Assembly: GCF_030144855.1 (NCBI RefSeq)
Contig: NC_082707.1
Location: 122,946,001 to 123,010,000 of the forward strand
DNA from: Hypanus sabinus
Lineage: Eukaryota
Reading direction: 5' to 3'
Length of the DNA stretch: 64,000 nt
This document shows, piece after piece, positions 38,717-51,532 of the stretch. The notes below the pieces were generated by a model. That model was not told where the DNA came from. It worked only from the letters and a program-made list of their open reading frames with translations, and searched no databases. The position numbers and the translations under genes are program-made. The stretch's first letter is position 1, and each line of letters opens with the position of its first letter.

Positions 38717-39199
38717 GTTTCAACAAGCTTGAAGCTGCAAAGGAAGAGAGAAGGTCAGCTCAAGCCAGATGGAAAGTCAGTGATCATGCCGGGGGGACCA
38801 GGAGAGATTTAGTGGTTGCAGTGACGCTGGCTGAGAAAAGCTAAGGCTAGTGAAGAACAAAGGAATATTTCTGGAATAGTATAAATAGGAGACAAATATC
38901 TGAAACTACCAGGAGAGGAGGAAGGAGAGATAAACAATAAATGATAGGATGTAAGTTATAAGACTAGAATAGTTGGTTTTCTGAAACCGTTGCTTTCAAT
39001 GGTGAATTCTGAAGGTGATAAGTGCCTTGGCAAGGAACAGGCAATTGGAACCTCAGGGTTGACTGAAGAAGGTAAAGGAAGGATTCGCTTGTGTCCTGAT
39101 TACAGTGCTCACAATGTGATCTCAACACTGGGGAGATAAATTGGAAAATGGGTGATGACTTCACAAAGGATCTCTATTTTCTACTCTGTTGCTGCTGTT

Positions 39200-40328
39200 T
39201 CACTTGAAGTACATCATGTCCCTAGATAGGTGCACACTGTGCATATGATTCCTGATAATCTTGGCTTTCTGTATTGACCGCTGACAGATTTTTTCAATAT
39301 TTGGTCTCTCATTGGGAACTTCTCCAAGATTTTTTGGAAGCACCTGACATAGAATGTTCTGGCATCTTTGAAGAACTGCTTTGTCTTGTAAGGGGGGACC
39401 TCTTGTGCTTCCTTGCTTAGCAACTGCCTCCTTGACAGGTACCCAGTAAAAAGCTCTTCATCAGGGCGGTAAATTTCAGGGTTGCTCACACCTATCTCCT
39501 GAATGCTCTGTTCTCTCAATACCTTTGGCTCAATAAATCTGCTTGCTATGTCATGCTGGAGCTCTTCCACACTCTGATCCAACTTGAAGAGGATAGGTGC
39601 CTTGTTTTGAAAAATCAAATTGAATTTGTCAAAACATTGTGTGACATTATGGAGAAAACAGGTGTATATTTTCATTTGGGGGTCTTTCAGCCTCTTCTAA
39701 ATATGAGATGATTCTCACTCTTTGACTCAAAATATGAAATAAAGGCAGGCCATTGGTGGAGCAGATGGTCCAAACCTTATTATATTATATTATATTATTA
39801 TATTATCATGGAACCTTGTCTTATTCTATTACAACTTTAAGCAAGTCTACAGGGAGTTTGGCCTCATCACGTAGGACATCAATAGAGTGGCCCCTTAGCA
39901 GCTAGCCAGCTAGTTTAAGTAACGTTAGCTATGCGAATGAACGAATGACACCTGTTAAACTCACCTCAACATGTCTTTTACAGTCATTTAACCCACCATG
40001 GGCAATAGAAAAGTCACTGTTGCAAACAGTGCAGTGTGCAACACTGTCATTGTTTTTGACCCCTATTAGGCAGGGGTACACTTTAGTGTAGTCTGGGGTG
40101 AAGTACATTTTATATTTTCTTTTTTTGGAACACTCTGTCATGGCACTGCAAGACACTAAACTGAACTGATGGGCAATGAAAGAGAGAAAGAGAGAGAGTG
40201 ACTGTAAAGCCCGCCCACAGAGAAAACTGATAGGTCTACTTAGCACAAAGAGAGACCAATCAGGATGCTTTCTCTGTCACTCTTTCACTACATCCGTCAC
40301 TCGCTCTCTCTGTCTCTTTCTCTCTTCA

Positions 40329-40394
<66 letters not shown>

Positions 40395-40508
40395 GCTCGC
40401 TCTCAAAAAAATTAATTTCTGGGATATTTTATATAATGTGTGGGCGTCAGGGAGTTGCTATCAGTATGCGGGAGACTCCCAGAACTTCTGGAAGAGGTAG
40501 GATGTCTG
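39200..40508 (-). mobile_element. hAT DNA transposon remnant (one terminus, zf-BED-like exon, transposase fragment)
   Basis: Terminus cagacatcctacctcttccagaag; AHCTVCNSDFSIAHGGLNDCKRH zinc finger; HLLHQWPAFISYF and FDKFNLIFQ transposase-like segments. Confidence 0.8.
40332..40390. repeat. (CT)n microsatellite
   Basis: Direct observation. Confidence 0.95.
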
Positions 40509-41904
40509 ATGTTGCCACCATCTCCACAATATTCCCCAGTTTGGGTGGTTCCCTGTAGTGTTCTCTGAACCTCTGCTTCAGAGCCATGTCGTACTTGGGG
40601 GTGGGGGGGGGGGGGTAATAAATCCATTGGAATGCTCCAAAGGTTACAGAGTTTTCGATATGATTGTGTTATGTTTAATTCCATCCTTTATGCAGCTGCA
40701 TCAAACCTTGCATGCAAAATAAATGTCCTTTCACCCCCCTCCTCCTCTCAAATGTTAGCGTGCCACTTTCAATTAATTTTTATGGGAAAACATAAACAAA
40801 ATTTAAAATTAAAAAGCTTTCCAAGGTGCAGGTAGTTAATCATTCTGTGCCTAGTAGACAATAAGGACTGGTTCAACGAGCTGAAACTTTAAATTTTAAG
40901 GGTAATGTCATGACTATATTGATCAGCTACTTCCTGTGGCCCCTGATTATTTGCAGCCATTTTAATTATGGGTCCTGGCCTCAGACATTAGAAAGACCCT
41001 TGGATATTTCCAGCTATCTGTATTACAAGTCAAAATTCATGTACAACTTGAGGTTCCTGGTTCAAAAACCCAGGACAATATGATTATGATTCCCTCCATT
41101 AGGGATTGGATACTAAAAAGTTACCACTCAGCCATGGTCAATGACTTACACCTTTAGGAGCAAAATCTCCTGAAACAACGGACACTCCAAGGGACAAGAG
41201 AAGATAGAGATTGTGTTTTGGAAGGGGCTTTGTTGGGCATTATGCCTGTGTTGTCGGATAATACTGACAATAAGATGTAAAAGGACGCATTTTATTAATT
41301 TAAAAGCTCTATATCAATATAACTTATGTTTTCTTGTTAAAATGTTTCACTTATATTGCAGTGTTTGTCTGCAGATAAGGCTGGCAGAGACAGATTGACA
41401 TTTTAATATTGAAATCTATGATCAGCCTCGAGGCTCCAACCTTCTGTGATTTATGTATTTGTAATCAGGACTATGCGACTCAATGACTTATCTGAGTATA
41501 ACTCATCAGACTTTGGCTAAATGCCACAATTTGCATAATGACATTTTATTTTTATGTCTATGGTCAGTGTGATAGAAGCTAAGGCCATGGATGTGGTATA
41601 TATAACCTTAAAGAGTTCAATGCTCTTAATTTTGCGTTTCACATTTAGGTTTAAACTCTTCAGCCTTTCTTCTTGTCTTGGTATGTGGTTAAACGACTGA
41701 ACCAATATTCAAGGATGGGGACCACTGATCCTGAAACCTGAGTTTGAATCCCAGGTTGCCAAGAGAATTCAAGGTAATAAAGCAAATCTGGAATAAAAAG
41801 GAGGCAACAGTTGTGGTGTCACCATGATGAAACTATTGAGGTGTCAGAAAAGCCTGTATGGAGTACTGATGTTTTTTTGGGAAAGTAAATGTGTCATTTC
41901 CTAA

Positions 41905-43040
41905 TCAGAAGACCATAAGACCAAGGAGCAGAATTAGGCCATTTGTCCCATCAAGATTCCTCTGCCATTCCATCATGACTGACTTATTATCCCTGTCAGC
42001 CCCATTCTCCTGCCTTCTCCCTCTAACCTTTGATGCCCTAACTAATCAAGAGCCTATCAACTTCTCCCTTAAATATACCTAATAACTTGGCCTGCACAAC
42101 TGTTTGTGGCAAAGAGTTCCACAGATTCACCTCACTCCGGTGAAAGAAATTTTTCTTCATTTCTGGTTCTAAATGGACGTCCTGCAATTTTGAGGTTCTA
42201 TCCTCTGGTCCTAGAATCTCCCACGTTATGAATCATACTCTCCATATCCACTCTATCCAGTCATTTCAATTTTCGATAGGTTTCAATTAGGTTAACCTTT
42301 AGGGAATCCTGCACAAGGACTCCCAATTCACCACGTTAAAGGCCTTCTGAAAATCCAAATAAACAACATCCACTGACTCTACTTTGTCTGTTCCCCCTGT
42401 TATTTCCTCAAAGAATTCCAACAGATTTGTTAGGCAAGATTTCCTCTTTAGAAAATCGTGCTGACTTTGGCCTATTTTATCATGGGCCTCTAAGTACCCT
42501 GAAACCTCTTCCTTAATTAAAAACTCCATTATCTTTCTAACAACTGAAGTCAGGCTAACTGGCCTATGATTTTGTGGGCTTTTTTCAGCCTCCCTCCCAT
42601 ATTAAAGAATGGAGTAACATTTGCAATATTCCCGTACTCAGGAAACATTCAAGAATATAGTGAATCTTGAAAGATCATTACTAATTCCTCCACAAGCTCT
42701 TTCAAAACCCTGGTGTGTCATCCATCTGGTCCAGGAGATCTATCTACCTTCAGAGTTTTCAAGCACTTCCTACCTGTTGACACTTTGCCTTTCTGGTATT
42801 CTGCTAGCGTCTCCCACAGTGAAGACTGACACAAAATACTTAAGTTCGTCCACTATTTTTAGTTCCCCATTTCTACCTCTGCAGCATCATTTTCCAGCAG
42901 TCTGATATCCATCCTTATCTCTCATTTATTCCTCATATGTCTGATAAAAACAACCTTTTGTATCCTCTTTTATATTATTGGTTAGCTTACCTTCATATTT
43001 CATCTTTTCTCTCCTTATGGCTTCTTTAGTTGCTATCCTA
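41905..43040 (-). mobile_element. CR1 fragments (3' end + RT N-terminal part) joined by deletion
   Basis: QSQHDFLKRKSCLTNLLEFFEE...VDVVYLDFQKAF. Confidence 0.85.
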
Positions 43041-46000
43041 CCATTCTCATAGGTGGAGTTGCAATCCGCCATTTGAGAAACAGTCAGGAATGGGATTGAT
43101 CTGTAAACTGGCATGGACTCCAGTGGTGGAGATTGTCAAAAGTGCAATGTGAATATTGAAGGAAGCACAGCAAGGTGAGTTATAATTTCCAGAGTTTGGA
43201 AGAATGAGAAGAAACCCCATTGAAATATTTCTGAGGAGCATGGTTAAAGCAAGGGTGCGGTGTAGAACTAAGGACCTCAATCTCAGGTTAGGAGGTCAGC
43301 CCTTCAGACTACGATGAGAGAAACATTGACATTCAGCGAGGCAGTGGGGTTACTGTGTCCTACTATTCCATTTCACTGCCATGGACAAAGCTCCTTGCCC
43401 CCACGTTCAATCAACCAATTTGAAGTTTTCTCATCATACATGTACCCAACAATCACTGCATTCAAACTACTAGCAACCTTTGTAAGTGATGGCATGTTTG
43501 AACTAATTTTCAGTATTTATCTTCACATCCATACCTTTGTTGGTATCTCTACTACTCATATTTACTGGAGATCCTCAAGATTGGCCTACCATGAGCAGAA
43601 TTTATGCATAATTATGTGTGAAAAACTGAACCTCAAGACCAATGAAATCACCACATCAATGGCCAGATGCCGATAACATCTTTCCCCCAAAGACTACTGG
43701 AGCTAGATGATAAATGGAGGCAGGCATTAGAAAGAAACCTTGATACATCCTTGAACCACGAATGGAAAAAAGTCCACTGCATTTCAGTGAGCGTGGGACC
43801 TTTTTATTCACATTCTTTTGTTCCACCAGCACCTACAGCCAACACAGATACTGAAAGCCCTGTTTACTTCAATTCCACAGGCAGCAGCCTACTTTGTGCC
43901 TCGAGTCCTGTCCTGACTACCCCGCAGAGTGCTAATGAATCATTATTGAAGTGCTATCATTGTTATGATCTAAGCGAACTGGGGATTTGGTTTTGCGCTC
44001 AGCAAGGTTTCACACTTAACAGCTGGATGAACGATCAGATAATCTGTCTTGCATGCTCCACAGAGAGACGGTGCCCAAGTCTGGGGGAAACACCACTCAA
44101 AAATAGATGCCATGAAGAGCTTAGCAACCACTGGAGACATCAAACCAACAGCTCGCTCAAACAATCAAACGCTTCTGAACTCCCTCAATATTGCATTGAA
44201 CTGGAGTGGTTAAATTCGCAGGTGCTTTTAACAGGAATGATATACATTAAAATAAAACTGTATAATTGGAAAACAGTCATGAACTTAAAGAGGCAAATCA
44301 GAGTGGGGCAGATACACTAAAGGACAGGAGCTGACTGAGGCTTTAAAACAGTGACATATAAGGCATTAATATAGCTAAGAGGAGCCATCAGATCCTGCTT
44401 TAATGTTCAGATGATATGAATTACAAGATTGAAACTTCTGAAACCTATTAAAACTATGCCATGCTTTCAATCATTCCCATTTATTGTTTCGTTAACCTGC
44501 ACTTGTGCATCTCCAAATGACCATTGACATAACTATTTGTAATGAGGCCTTCCACTTCCCCTTTCAGCTGAGCTAAAATACACTTACAAAGTGATTGGTG
44601 ATATTATAATTCACCTCAAATTGTACAGTAACTTCCCCACTTTCCTGACAAATGGAACTTACAATTTAATTTCTGTCTTCAGCTTCACATTCCCAGGATA
44701 CCTGCATCCATCTATGTCATTCTTCACAAGACAACGCTCCATTCAGTTAGTGCCAAGCATGCGAATGAGAAATGTTGATCAATTCACAATAAGTAAAGTT
44801 TCAGTAACCTGCAATCAATGCAAATCTTTGGCAAAATGAAAGGACAATCCAGAATCACGGGCAGTGTTAGGGAAAAACAGTACAATAATGCAAGGGAGAG
44901 GTTGATAAAGAGGTTATTATGGGTGTCCATTCTATTTAATTAAAATAAACGAGAAACATTAATTTCAAAGTCATACATCAGAGTGATTCACCTTTCACCT
45001 TGAAATAGGTCAATTGACAATACATTAGATCAGGAATAGATCAATTAACAATCATGATCCTATGTTACTTTCTTCTGTCACTTCCATGGTTCATTATTTT
45101 CCCTCTGTTTGCCCAATTCAATCCAATGCCACAAAGCTACAACCTGACCTGACCCATTGATGCAACCAATCAATTACCTTCTTATCCAATCACCTTGTCC
45201 ATTATGTGGCCGGGGACACAAAAATGCATATTTACCTTTTCCAATATATCTGGTGTGCACCTAATCTTCAAACCTTTCTAACTAAATCACAAGACTAAAT
45301 ACTGTTTATTCCTTCAAATGTAGGTCTGCGTATACTTGTAATTACCCAGTCTTCAGTGTTTAGGACCCAATTCTGCTGTGTTATTTCTTATTCTACAAGT
45401 TTGATATGACACCCATATTCATGTAGTTCTGGGTCATTAGTTGAACCAAGCACTGTATAATTGAACACATTAGAGACAGACAGATATTGCTCAGTGGAAT
45501 TGTGCACAGAAGACATATTGGATAACAATATAGTCATTTTATAATTTAATACTCCCTCCTCAATTTTACAGAATCCACTACATATTTAATGTAAAAAGTC
45601 ACTCCTTAGGCAATATTTGAGAGGATTATCATTTGAACACTGCTTAGCTGAGAGCTGATTTTGACTTCATAATATTGCAACTGCTCAATGGTTTTAGGGT
45701 GTCCAGAGTTTTAAACTTCGGCCTGTGAAGGGAGTACCAGAAAATCTGGAATTTAGACGAGGAATCTACACAAGCTAGTTGTTAAGATGCACAGATTAAA
45801 GAGTGCCTGGGAGAACAAGGAGATAGAAACTGGAACAGGATGAGACGGAGGGGAAGAGGGCTATTAGAAGCAAGGTATATCTGTCCAGAGCATTTACAGA
45901 GCAACATCCCTCCATGAACATCAGCCAGTCACTGTGTGTGAAATATCAGGCTGGTTTAACGGACCATCTATCTCAGAGCAGTACAAGGACCACAGAGCCA

Positions 46001-46919
46001 ATACCTGCCTGCCTGTTACCTTATTCATATATCAGAAATACTCGGCAGATCAGGGAGAACCCTAAAGAAGTTGTCAACCTGAAACTTCAGCCCTGTTCTT
46101 CTCTGTAGATGCCACTTGATCTCTTGAATACTTCCAGCAAGATCTGCTTTCATTTCAAATTCCCAGCCTCTGTAGTTGTTTGCTTTTCCACTTGTTGGCC
46201 CGGTGCAATCCAGCCTGGATACTGAACTATGGTAAGGTCCCAGTTTGTCCATTACTATTGTTAGTGTTCACTATCCTAATACAGCTGACATCTCATTTTC
46301 TTGGCAGCAAGGCAGGCAGACTGATGATCTCACAAGGACTGGAGACATAGTGACATGGTGATGCTTGCTGACCCATGATAGTTCAGAGATGTAGCAAGGC
46401 TGAACAGAGTTCCAGATCTATCACTGGCCATCTGATTCACAACCTGACACCGCGAATCATGAATTTCAGTATTCACTATCCTTGCAGCTGTCACAACATA
46501 CGCATCCTGAAGCAAATTTATGAATCTTGCAGTAATGGCTTGTAGTTTTCTGGCAAAGAGTCGGCCCTTCAGATAAGGAAGCGTGGCAGCTCTGTCTCAG
46601 TTATCTGCTGCTGTCCGTGATTACACAGTGCACTGTGGTGTGTCAGTAAAGTGACGTCAGGTGTATCATATATGACGGAATTGCTGAAACGTGGGTGCGA
46701 GCATACCGAAATGCTAAATGAAACTATGAATATCAGGCACGATTAGTAATTAGTAAAGATTGAAGTCATGTGGATAAAGCTTAAAGGTGAGTGTTGAAAC
46801 ACATGTATCTTGAAACAGCAAATCATATGGAGAAATACATCACTTGTATCAAATCAGATCAGCAAAGACCAGCAAGGTGGTAGCCCACAAGAATAGCCAT
46901 ACTTCTGGCACTAACGTAG

Positions 46920-47674
46920 CCTTCCAGCCAAGATGGCCCCTGCGTATAATGCTCCTTCAGTCGACATCTTCTGGCTAGATCATGAAATCATATATTTCAC
47001 TTCTTTTATGGCTTTTATGCTTGTTTTTCATCTTGATTGTGATCCTGGAACTGTAGGAGCCTGTGATTTGCAGTTTGGAGAGTATTGGGCCGTTTCAGCT
47101 CTCTGCAGTCTCTGAGAGGATTCAGGGAAGCAGAGGTAGGTTCCAGGAACCTGGTGGTGTGAAGGCTGCAAGCTAATGTTTGACTCCATTTCGCTGATTA
47201 AAGCTTCCATTGTTCACCGATTAAAGCAACAAGGGAGATTGAAACAGTGAGGCAAATGCTGGTTGCCTGCCTTTTTATCATTGGGGGACTGCTCTGCTGC
47301 CAGAGAGGGTAGACTGCCTTTTGTTGCTGTGGGATCACTCTGTAGAGAGGGAAAGGCCTGCCACTCTGCCCAGAGAATGTTACCCAGGTTTTCTGTGTTC
47401 TGGATATGGACTTGGACTATAGGCTTTTTTCAATCTTACAGTTTTTTTATATTCCGTGATTTTTTTTACATGTTCTTTCTCATTTCTTTGTGTGTGGGGG
47501 AGGAGGATTTGGGGGTTGATGAGCCTGTCCAATTTTTGTTCATTTTTTTGTGTGGAGAGGAGGGATTTGGGACTTTGCCGTTCTGTTTTCTTTTGGTTTT
47601 GTGGCCCTCTGGGGAAGAAGAATTTCAGAGTTGTATACCTTGATAATAAGTGAACCTTTGATCCTTTGAACCTT
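46920..47674 (+). mobile_element. Non-autonomous retroposon with CAAGATGGC 5' end and (TGAACCTT)-type tail
   Basis: 5' cttccagccaagatggcc; 3' aataagtgaacctttgatcctttgaacctt; the 3' third matches 29748-30078 in reverse. Confidence 0.6.
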
Positions 47675-47789
47675 AGAGCATGCCCACAACTTACTAACCC
47701 TAAGCATACAGTAAGTCTTTGAATGTAGGAAGAAATCAGAGTGCTTTTCCATAGATAATTGGATTGTAGGTCTGGGTCGTTGAACAATG

Positions 47790-48090
47790 CCTGAAGTCTT
47801 AGTTGCGAAGCTGTTGGAAATGAGTGTCTGGCCAGCACAGTGATGGACCTAGTACAACTCCAGTGACACGGGTTTAATCCTGACCACTGGAGTCTGAGTT
47901 GCATTTATATGCTCTCCCTGTGACTGCAGAGGCTTTCTCTGGGTGCTTCTACTTCCTTTTCATCTCAAAGCCATGCAGGTTGGTAAGTCAAATGGCCCTT
48001 GGTGTGCTTGAATCTAGGAGGAAATTGACGGGCATGTGAGACAAACTGGTTACGGGAACAATTAATGGGGAAATAGGGTTACTCAGTGGG
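47790..48090 (+). mobile_element. Degenerate V-SINE
   Basis: gggtttaatcctgacc B-box-like motif followed by a V-domain-like segment. Confidence 0.55.
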
Positions 48091-48129
48091 TCAAAATGGT
48101 TTACTTTGTATCATTAGAAAAATATGAAA

Positions 48130-49440
48130 GATGTGTTCGTTGCCCTTAGCCAGGATTCTGAGATCACCAAAATTCTTAGAGGTGTCATGGGCTCTCTGGC
48201 TTGCCCTAGAGCATTGAGCTTCTAGTCTTTTTAAGTACCTGTATTTATTAATCAGTATCTTAACTAGAGTTGTTAAGTCATTGCGGTTTTGTTTTGATCT
48301 CATATAGTTAACTGTGGTTGGTGCATGTTTCCCGCATCCTATGATTATTTGAAGAGGTCTCCCACCCAGTGTCTTAGTGGGGTCATTGTGTTGGAGAGGA
48401 TGAATTACCTTGTAGTGTTGCTCAGCCACTCCTCGGAGGCTCTGATTCCAACGTTTAATCTCTTGTTCCTGTCTCTTGCCTGGGATCCTGCTGTTCTTCT
48501 GCACCTGGGTCCAGTCCTCTGAGAGTGCACCATGACTGAATGACCCCACTGGACCAAGGAGAGGCTCGGAGCTTCTCCAGTCTTTGTTCGGGATTTTTGC
48601 TGAGGTTCTCTGGGTCAATGAGATTTGTGAGGTCTCCCATGTTATGCTTCTTTTTCCCAAGTTATATGCTATGTTTTTGAGTCAAATGCAATGTTTCTGA
48701 GTGAAATGACTGCGCTATGCTTCCAAGTGGAATGCAGTGCTTCCAAGTTAGATGCTATGTTCTGAGCTCCAGGTCTGCCTTGTGTTTTTTGAGAGCTGGC
48801 ATAAGAGCTCCCTGGAGCTGGCCTTAGGGGAGGGAAGGTACTTTCATGAGCCCTATGGCTTCCCATAGAGCATTGAGCTTCTAGGGTTTTTGAGCACCTG
48901 TATTTACTAATTAATATCTTAACTAGAGTCATTAAGCCTGATGCACCATCAATAACTCTCGGAGACGGGAGGCGAACGATAAGCTTTTATTAGCTGTAAG
49001 AGACCACGATTAGCAGCAACAGACCACCACACAACATCCTGGAGACTGAGGGAGGAGCAGTGCCTCCAATGGCCTTTATACCGGGGTCTGTGGGAGGAGC
49101 CATCAGCAGAGTGGCGTGTCCAGACAGATATATGTAGTTCACCACAAAGCCCTTGTGTCTTCAGTTTAATCTTATCAAGATAATTGTGGCTGGCACATAT
49201 TTCCCGCATTCTCTGATTATTTAAAGAGGTCTCCCAAGCAGTGCCCTAGTGGGTATGTGTGTGAGAGAGATTGGGTGAAGGGATTTAGAATGTGAGTCTA
49301 TCGTTTGGAAAGGATGAATTTTCATGGTGTTGCTCTGGAGTTCCTCTGATGCGGATGTTTAACCTCTTGTTTTTGTCTCTTCCTGGGGACCCTGCTGTTT
49401 CTCCAGACCTGGGTCTGGTCCTTCGAGAGCACACCATGAC
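48130..49440 (-). repeat. Two tandem copies of an unclassified repeat (third copy at ~57290-57680, plus)
   Basis: Shared block tagagcattgagcttctag...cctgtattta...tatcttaactagagt at ~48208 and ~48866, and reverse-complemented at ~57567-57635. Confidence 0.75.
48939..49146 (-). mobile_element. 208-bp solo LTR
   Basis: TG...CA termini; perfect 5-bp TSD aagcc (48934-48938, 49147-49151); minus-strand TATAAA and AATAAA. Confidence 0.9.
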
Positions 49441-49630
49441 AAGAAAACTGTAAGTGGGACTTAGAGGTTTAATTTCCAGTATTGATAGGAACTACTAACT
49501 CTTCACAATCACTGGCTTTGCAGAGTTGCCTAGATGATCACATATTCCCTACGGACAGATCACACCTTTTCTCCATTCCTTAATCATCATAACCATTAGT
49601 GCAACCCATCCTCTCCATTATCCACATGTG

Positions 49631-50187
49631 CAATACTATGCAAAGATCTTGGGCACATAGATATAGCCAGGGTGTCTAAGACTTTGCACAGTACTGTATT
49701 TGTCAATGTAGAGTGGAGAGTGTTTGTGAATCTGGTGGGAGCAAAGGATAATGGAATGGCAGGGGTGGAGCTCTGCAGGAGGAGTATGGGACAGAGAAGG
49801 AATTGCAGGGGCAGAGGAGGTGCAGTTGCAGACACACCCAGCCCTGAGACACCAGGCAAGGTCATTTGATTCCAAACAATTGGTTTATTGATCATTACAG
49901 ACCATCTCTCCAGTACTTCAGTGCTTCCTGCTCCCTACTCTCTCTCCTCCCCTTTTCCGAACTATGATTCCCCACTCCCTGCTGCTGAACACCCCCCCCC
50001 CCCCGGCACTGTCCCACTCTCAGTCCACAATAGAGACTCACATCAGGATCAGGTTTATGTGTAATGATTTTTTTTGTTTTTTGCTGCAGTAGCAGTACAG
50101 GGTAATGCATAAAATTACTACTGTATTATGCAAAGTTCTTAGGCACCCTGGCTATATATATGCGCCTAGAACTTTTGCACTGTACTG
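49631..50187. mobile_element. Tc1-type MITE with hairpin TIRs
   Basis: cagtactgtgcaaaagt-like motif four times; 66-67 bp terminal units inverted relative to each other; TA after the right end. Confidence 0.85.
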
Positions 50188-50399
50188 TATTGCAGAATGT
50201 CCAGCAATGCCTACTGTGGCTGTAATGCTCCTCATCTTTCGGAGGCACCGGCTGGTTTTATGTCAGTGCTAACCCAGTTAGTAAATCAGAAAGGGTTGTG
50301 CTGAGAGGCAAGAGAATTGTGTATGGTGGTGTGGCCATTGTTCCTAGCTTTCAGCCCTCTGTTGGTTATCGTCTCAGTAATAGATTCTCCACTAAGTAC

Positions 50400-50550
50400 T
50401 ATTCCCTTCAGAAATGTTCTGGTGTAGTTGATAACAGGGAGGAGAGTCTTGGGCTGAAAGATGATGTAGATCAACTGTAAAGTTGGGCAGAGCAAAGGCA
50501 GATGGAATTTAAGCATGGCTAGTACAAAGTGATGCATCTCGGAAGGTCAA
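50400..50550 (+). mobile_element. CR1 RT fragment
   Basis: WAEQRQMEFKHG*YKVMHLG motif. Confidence 0.65.
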
Positions 50551-51041
50551 TTAAAGATTCTGATTTAAATATGGTACACACTAGGGTGCAATGAAACTCC
50601 TTGCTCATGTGAAGCTCTCAGTGTATATGGTGGATGTGTATGTGGTAATGATATGTAGAACAAGAAACACTGCAATGGGCACTAATCAGTGAAATAGTAC
50701 AAAGATTCTAGTGCAATTTTAAGTGGAGCAAAAAAAGTGTTAAAGTGACAATGATGGAATAACAGAGAGATGGAATTATGAGTCCAAGAACATGGCAGCA
50801 CCGTTGGGAAGGGGCGGTGAAAGATTGGTAGCAGTGGGGAGAAAGCTATTCTTGAGTCAGGTAATCAAGCTCCTATATCTTCTCCCTGAAGGTAGACAAG
50901 AGTGAAAGAAATGGGCAGGCATTCTTGACCATACTATAAGCCTTCCTGGAGCACCAAACTAGAGTACAAGGGAGTGCTGATGAACAGGACCTTGGGATAC
51001 CTATATCTGCGCCATATGAGTGTAAATGAGCTCTTCAGGCC

Positions 51042-51532
51042 TGTTCAAGGACTATTCAATGTTTCCTAGGTTTTTTTACCCCAATGTTTTGAGTTTCCCA
51101 GGCCTGCTCTGAGTTCCAAAGGCCTCCCTGGGCCATCAGGAGTTGGGCATGGTTGGGAGGTTACTATAATGAGCTCCGTGGGCCTGTGCGGGCAGCCAGA
51201 GGGCATTGGTCTCCAAGGTTGCTAGAGCACCAAAACTTGTTAATTGTTGTCTTAACAAGTCATTAATTCCTGGTGCTTTCTGTTTAATTTTGTTACATTT
51301 ATTTTTATTAGCATGGTCTGTGATTTTCCACACACTGTGATTGTTAAGCAGATTCCTGATTAGCGCTTATTGCAGGGTTTAGCTTTGAGAAGGTTCTGTC
51401 TCACAGTGTCACTCTATTAGGCTGCTGACGTTTTGTTGGAGCTCGTACGAATAAACCCTGGTCACCGTCTCCACATGGAAGTCAGTCTTTCCTCTGCATT
51501 TGGGTTGAGTCTTTGCTAGTGCACACTGTGAT
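51042..51532 (+). mobile_element. Possible solo LTR
   Basis: TGT start, AATAAA at ~51450 and a ctgcatttgggt U5-like ending; no clear TSD. Confidence 0.35.

Noticed and set aside
43053-43173. Plus-strand AG...AAG|GTGAGT exon-like segment after an antisense CR1.
   Set aside because: Stops in all three frames and only a moderate acceptor; no supporting neighbours.
43667-44320. 217-aa ORF (and the adjacent 120-aa ORF) in non-repeat-looking DNA.
   Set aside because: No recognisable domain or convincing splice context; ORFs of this size can arise by chance.
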